This document shows positions 56,501-64,000 of a stretch of 64,000 nucleotides of DNA, in pieces. The stretch's first letter is position 1. Each line of letters opens with the position of its first letter. Source of the DNA: the human T2T-CHM13v2.0 reference genome, Homo sapiens; assembly GCF_009914755.1 (NCBI RefSeq), contig NC_060935.1; one strand, written 5' to 3'. Made by a program: the position numbers and the translations under genes. The notes under the pieces were generated by a model. That model saw only the letters and a program-made list of their open reading frames with translations, was not told the origin of the DNA and did not search any database.

Positions 56501-56771
56501 ACTTGATCTAATTTATATCAATCCTTCAACACCTATTCATTATCAGTGGAGTGGAAGTTCTATCACGAAAATGTTAAGGGTGGGAGACAAATTCATGCAA
56601 CCTCTAAAGAAACTGATGTCCAGGGAGAGTGAGGGGCTTGTTTAAGTTACTATTACTAGTTAGTAGCAGGGCCAGAACATTGAAAAAGGTTTCTTAACTT
56701 CCCACCAGTGTTCTTTTTACCAGGGTTATCACCTCCAGGACAATCTAAAATACTGTTATTTGTTTTAAACA

Positions 56772-56774
<3 letters not shown>

Positions 56775-56810
<36 letters not shown>
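56775..56810. repeat. (AT)18 microsatellite
   Basis: Read directly from the sequence. Confidence 0.97.
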
Positions 56811-56813
<3 letters not shown>

Positions 56814-57238
56814 TATATATAAACTTCACACACCCAATAAAGCACATATATCTCTTGGGTGACTCCTATTTGTGTTAAACAAAGAAGAATATTTTATTTG
56901 TGTTCCATTAGCATACTAGTTACTACAATGTTGAAGTACCTAGACAGGTCTGCTTCATATTTTCAAACAGAAAGTTGCATTATTTTATTGATAAAATTAT
57001 TTTTCAGCTTTTCCGAAGTGATGTTTGCATTTTATTGGATATGTGAAATATATATATATATATGTAACATTCACATACTTGGACATGTAAATTAATATAT
57101 TAAACTTCTAATTAGATTCTTAGACACCTGCATGAAGTCAATAGCTAATGAGTCATGCTCAGATGATTTATTCTTTAAATAATCAAATCATATGTGTGTA
57201 TATGAGATACATATATAGAATTCTATATATAGATCATA

Positions 57239-57303
57239 GTGTGTGTGTGTATATATATATGTGTATATATATGTGTATATATATGTGTGTATATATATAT
57301 GTG

Positions 57304-57389
<86 letters not shown>
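57239..57389. repeat. 151-bp alternating purine-pyrimidine tract ending (GT)18(TA)22
   Basis: Read directly from the sequence. Confidence 0.97.
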
Positions 57390-57394
<5 letters not shown>

Positions 57395-57959
57395 TAATCC
57401 CCAGAACAATTCTATGGGGTTGGAACTATGACCCTAATTTAAAAGCAAGAACTCTGAAATTCATAGAGTTTAAATTGTTTTTCTAGAATTAATAAGAGAA
57501 GCACTGAAAGAATTGGGGAGATGCATTCTATCCTCTACTACCTTGTAGTTTGGTTGGGCAAAAAAATTAAGACTAACACAAAGTAGCTAAATACAATAAA
57601 GTTAGTAGAATAGTGGGAGAAAGAGTGGCAAGATGGATGGAGGCCATATTTATGAAGCTCTTAAATGCAAAGCTGAAAAGTTTGATTTTTATCGTGTGTA
57701 AAAATAGCTATAGATAGAATGTATTGAATGTGTACACTGTGCTCATCTCTTTAAAACATACTCCCATTTTTATACTTGTATCTTTCCTGTGAAATTGAAA
57801 TTATTTCCATTTTACAGGTGAGGAAACTAATACTTAGAGGGATTAAGGAATTTGTCCAGGATCACACAGCTAGTCAGTGACAAATTCAAGATTTGAACTG
57901 AGGTCTGTCTGATTTCAAAGACTATGCTTTTAACTGGAGGAAAAATTTGTGAACAGTCA

Positions 57960-58784
57960 AAAGCACAGACCTGAAGTATAAAATTCTGAGTTTTGACAAA
58001 GGTATATACCCATGTAACCAGCTCTAAACAAAACAGAGAGCATTTTCCTATCACCTCATACCCCTTCCAGTCAATCGTCACTTCCCAACAGAGAACAACT
58101 GCTGTGTTTTCCATCACCGTAAATAAACTTTGTCAGTTCTGGAACTTCATGCAACTGGAAGCATACAGTAAATATTCTTTTATGTCAGCCTTTTTTCATT
58201 CACCATGATTCTTTTGAGGGTCATTTATGTTTTGCATGTGCCAGTAGTTTGTTTTTTTAATTGCTGACTAGTATTTCATTGTAAGACTGTACCATGATTT
58301 ATTTATCCTTTCTGATGTTGATGAACATTTAGTTGTTTCTAGTTTGGGGCTGTTAACTATAAAGCTGGCATAAACATTCTGTGTAATCTTTCTGTGAACA
58401 TATGCTTTTATTTCTCTTGGATAAATAACTCAAAAATTGAATTACTGGTCAAAGATTAGGTGTAATTTGTAAGAAACTGCAATTTTTCCCGAAGTGGTTG
58501 AACTCCTTTACACTCCCAAGAGCAATATGGAGTTCTTATTGCTTCTCATCCTTGCTAACATTTGGTGTTGTCTGTCTTTTTAATTTTAGTCATTTTAGTG
58601 GGTGTGAAGTGGTATCTCATCATGCTTTTAGTTTTCATTACCCTCATGATTAATGGCAATGTGTATCTTTTCATGGGCTTATTAGTCATTCACATAGAAT
58701 TTGTTGTTGTTGTTAAGTGTCTAAGTCTTGTGGTCATTTTTATTGGGTTATTCGTCTTTTCCAATTGAGTTGTAGGAGTTCTTT
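57960..58784 (-). mobile_element. Old L1MB/MC-type element, 3' part (continues at 61778 to about 62890)
   Basis: GGGTGTGAAGTGGTATCTCAT...TTGAGTTGTAGGAGTTC then TTATATATTCTGG resumes after the L1PA insert. Confidence 0.75.
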
Positions 58785-61777
<2,993 letters not shown>

Positions 61778-62473
61778 TGTAGGAGTTCCTTATATATTCT
61801 GGTTTCAAATTCTTTATTAGATATATGTAAAGCAAATAGTATTAACCAGTTTGCAGTTTGCCTCTTAATTTCTATAATGGTGACTTTGGGTAAACAGAAA
61901 TTTTAATTTTGATGAACTGCAACATTACTTTGGTAAGAGTATAGATTTTTGGATCCTGTGTAATCTTTACCTACCCCCAAGTTCAGAGATGTTCTCCTAG
62001 GTTTTCTTCTGGAAGTTTTATAGTTTTAGCTTTATGTTTACATGTGTGATTCACGTAGAATTAACTTCTGTGTGTGGTATAAGGTAGGGGTAGAGGTTTA
62101 TTGTTTGTTGTTGTTTTCTTCTTCCATGGGGTTATCCAGTCATTCCAACATTACTTGTTAAAAAGACTTACCTTTCCCCATTGAATCACTTGCATATTTT
62201 GTTGAAAGTTGATTGACTGTATATGTTTGGATCTATCTCTACACTCTTAATTCTATCCTATTGATATATTTTATCTAGCTTTACACCACTTCCAAACTGG
62301 CTTGATTTTTATAGCACTGTAATTTATCTTGGATTCAGGTAATGTGAGTCCCAAAACTTGTCACCAATTTTCAAAATTCTTTTGGCTATTCGCATCCAAA
62401 CATTTACCAAGTGTATTTATATCACACTTCTATATAAACTTTGGAATCAACTCTAATACTTCTTTTATTTTTC

Positions 62474-62573
62474 AGAGTAGTCAAGTGTATTAGTAAGAAG
62501 GGGGAGCAAGGAATTCAATCTGTGACTGACTGTGAACAATCAATTGAGATAACTCACTATTTTCAGACCAGCC
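62474..62573 (-). pseudogene. Y1 RNA (RNY1) processed pseudogene
   Basis: Minus strand reads GGCTGGTCTGAAAATAGTGAGTTATCTCAATTGATTGTTCACAGTCAGTCACAGATTGAATTCCTTG...CACTTGACTA, close to hY1; A-rich tail; AACTCTAA on both flanks. Confidence 0.92.
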
Positions 62574-63295
62574 TTAACTCTAAATTTTTATTGGAATTTC
62601 ATTGAGTCTGTAGAGCAATTTTGAGAGAACTGGCATCTTAACAATATTGAATCTTCTAAGTCACAAACATGATATATTACTCCACATATTTAGGTTCCCT
62701 TTAATTTCTCTAGGCAATATTTTACAATTTTTAGGTCTTGAATGTCTTTTTAAAGATTTACTCCCAAGTATTTGATGCTTTTTTGATGTTACTGTAAATA
62801 GTGTTTTGTAAATTCCATTATTTTATTCTTTGCTGCAGCATATAAGAATACATTTTACTGCTGTATATTGACCAGTTATCCTGTGACCATGGAAGTGTTT
62901 TGACTAGTGCAATGAAATGATCAAAGAGGTATTTCAGAAAAAACTGAGCAGAAGAATTGCTCACTGACATATTGATTAGATGTGTCCCAGGAGGATACAT
63001 GAGCCTTACCGTGAGGCATAATCACAGATCATAGTTCTAACCTGTGGTTGCTGCCTATACATTTGTGCTCATAGTCAATTGTGTTAGCTCTTGGGCCAAA
63101 GAATGTGGATAGCTGATTGCAAACCCATCCATCACTCAGAATGGCAAAGCAACTCAAAGCATACCTCCTACGAATGGAAGCACAGTAGTGTCCTCCTCAT
63201 CAGATTGGTTGAACACTTCTCTTAAATTGCACTCAGTGCCAAAGCTCATTTGCACATAAGTTGGGTGTGGTGAAGTGTATGTGTATGAGGGACTA

Positions 63296-64000
63296 CAGGT
63301 TAATATCCCTTATCTAAAATGCTTAGGACCCGAAGTGTTTCAAACTTCAGATGTTCTTAGAATTTTGGAATATTTGCATATACATAATGAGATATCTTGG
63401 GGATGGGATCTAAGTCTAAACACAAATTATTTATGTTTCAGATACACCTTATACACATAGCCTAGAGGTAATTTTACACAATATTTTAAATAATTTTTGT
63501 GCATGAAACAAAGTTTGTTACCTTGAACCATTAGAAAGCAAAGGCGTCACTATCTCAGCCATCCATATGGATGATCTGTGGTTGTTTGGCAGCAGCATCA
63601 TTCCTGACTCTGAATTTATATGCTACCAATAAGCAATCACTTTCTTACAATTATTCACACATAAGTATTTAACAGTAAACAACATGACTTACCATTAATA
63701 TAGTGATATACCATTAATGCAGTGAAAACTCAATGTGTTCAGGGTAACTCAGCAGCACAGTAGCATCACCACAATACCTGTATCCACTGTTCAACAACAG
63801 CAACAGCAAATAACAGCAGGCTTTCAGGTCCACCTATGATGTGTTTTGATTAAAAGGTTTAATGTACACTGAATTTTATTTCTAAGGTAAGAAAAAGCAT
63901 CAGAAGCAATTGAGGGACCAGGAAGTGGGCCCTCTAAGGAAGAGGAGGTATTTTGCTAGATGGCTTTTGAAGTTGTTTTCTCCAGAGTCATTTTCCTCAT
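63296..64000 (-). mobile_element. Tigger4 (Zombi) DNA transposon, runs off the window
   Basis: TA followed by CAGGTTAATATCCCTTATCTAAAATGCTTAGGACCCGAAGTGTTTC. Confidence 0.82.

Overview
Human intergenic or intronic DNA, rich in transposable elements; I recognise no host protein-coding exon. The main feature is a full-length, young LINE-1 (L1HS, subset Ta-1d) at 25397-31440 on the + strand. It has an intact 5' UTR promoter, open ORF0, ORF1 and ORF2, a pure poly(A) tail and a perfect 11-bp target-site duplication (TSD), and it sits inside an old MER58-type DNA transposon. Around it are two truncated older L1PA copies, several Alus, solo LTRs (LTR47-, LTR16-, MER87-, MER52-, LTR33- and MLT1-like), DNA transposon fossils, L2/MIR/L1M relics, microsatellites and a retrocopy of Y1 RNA. 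I see no new gene system. The best leads are: (i) a tight cluster of ORF2 changes, two of them older-subfamily states, suggesting a short gene-conversion or template-switch tract inside the young L1; (ii) a second AATAAA about 27 bp past the L1 tail, which predicts short 3' transductions; (iii) three copies of one target site from repeated Alu insertion. Repeat subfamily names and L1 consensus comparisons are from memory and need confirming by RepeatMasker and alignment.
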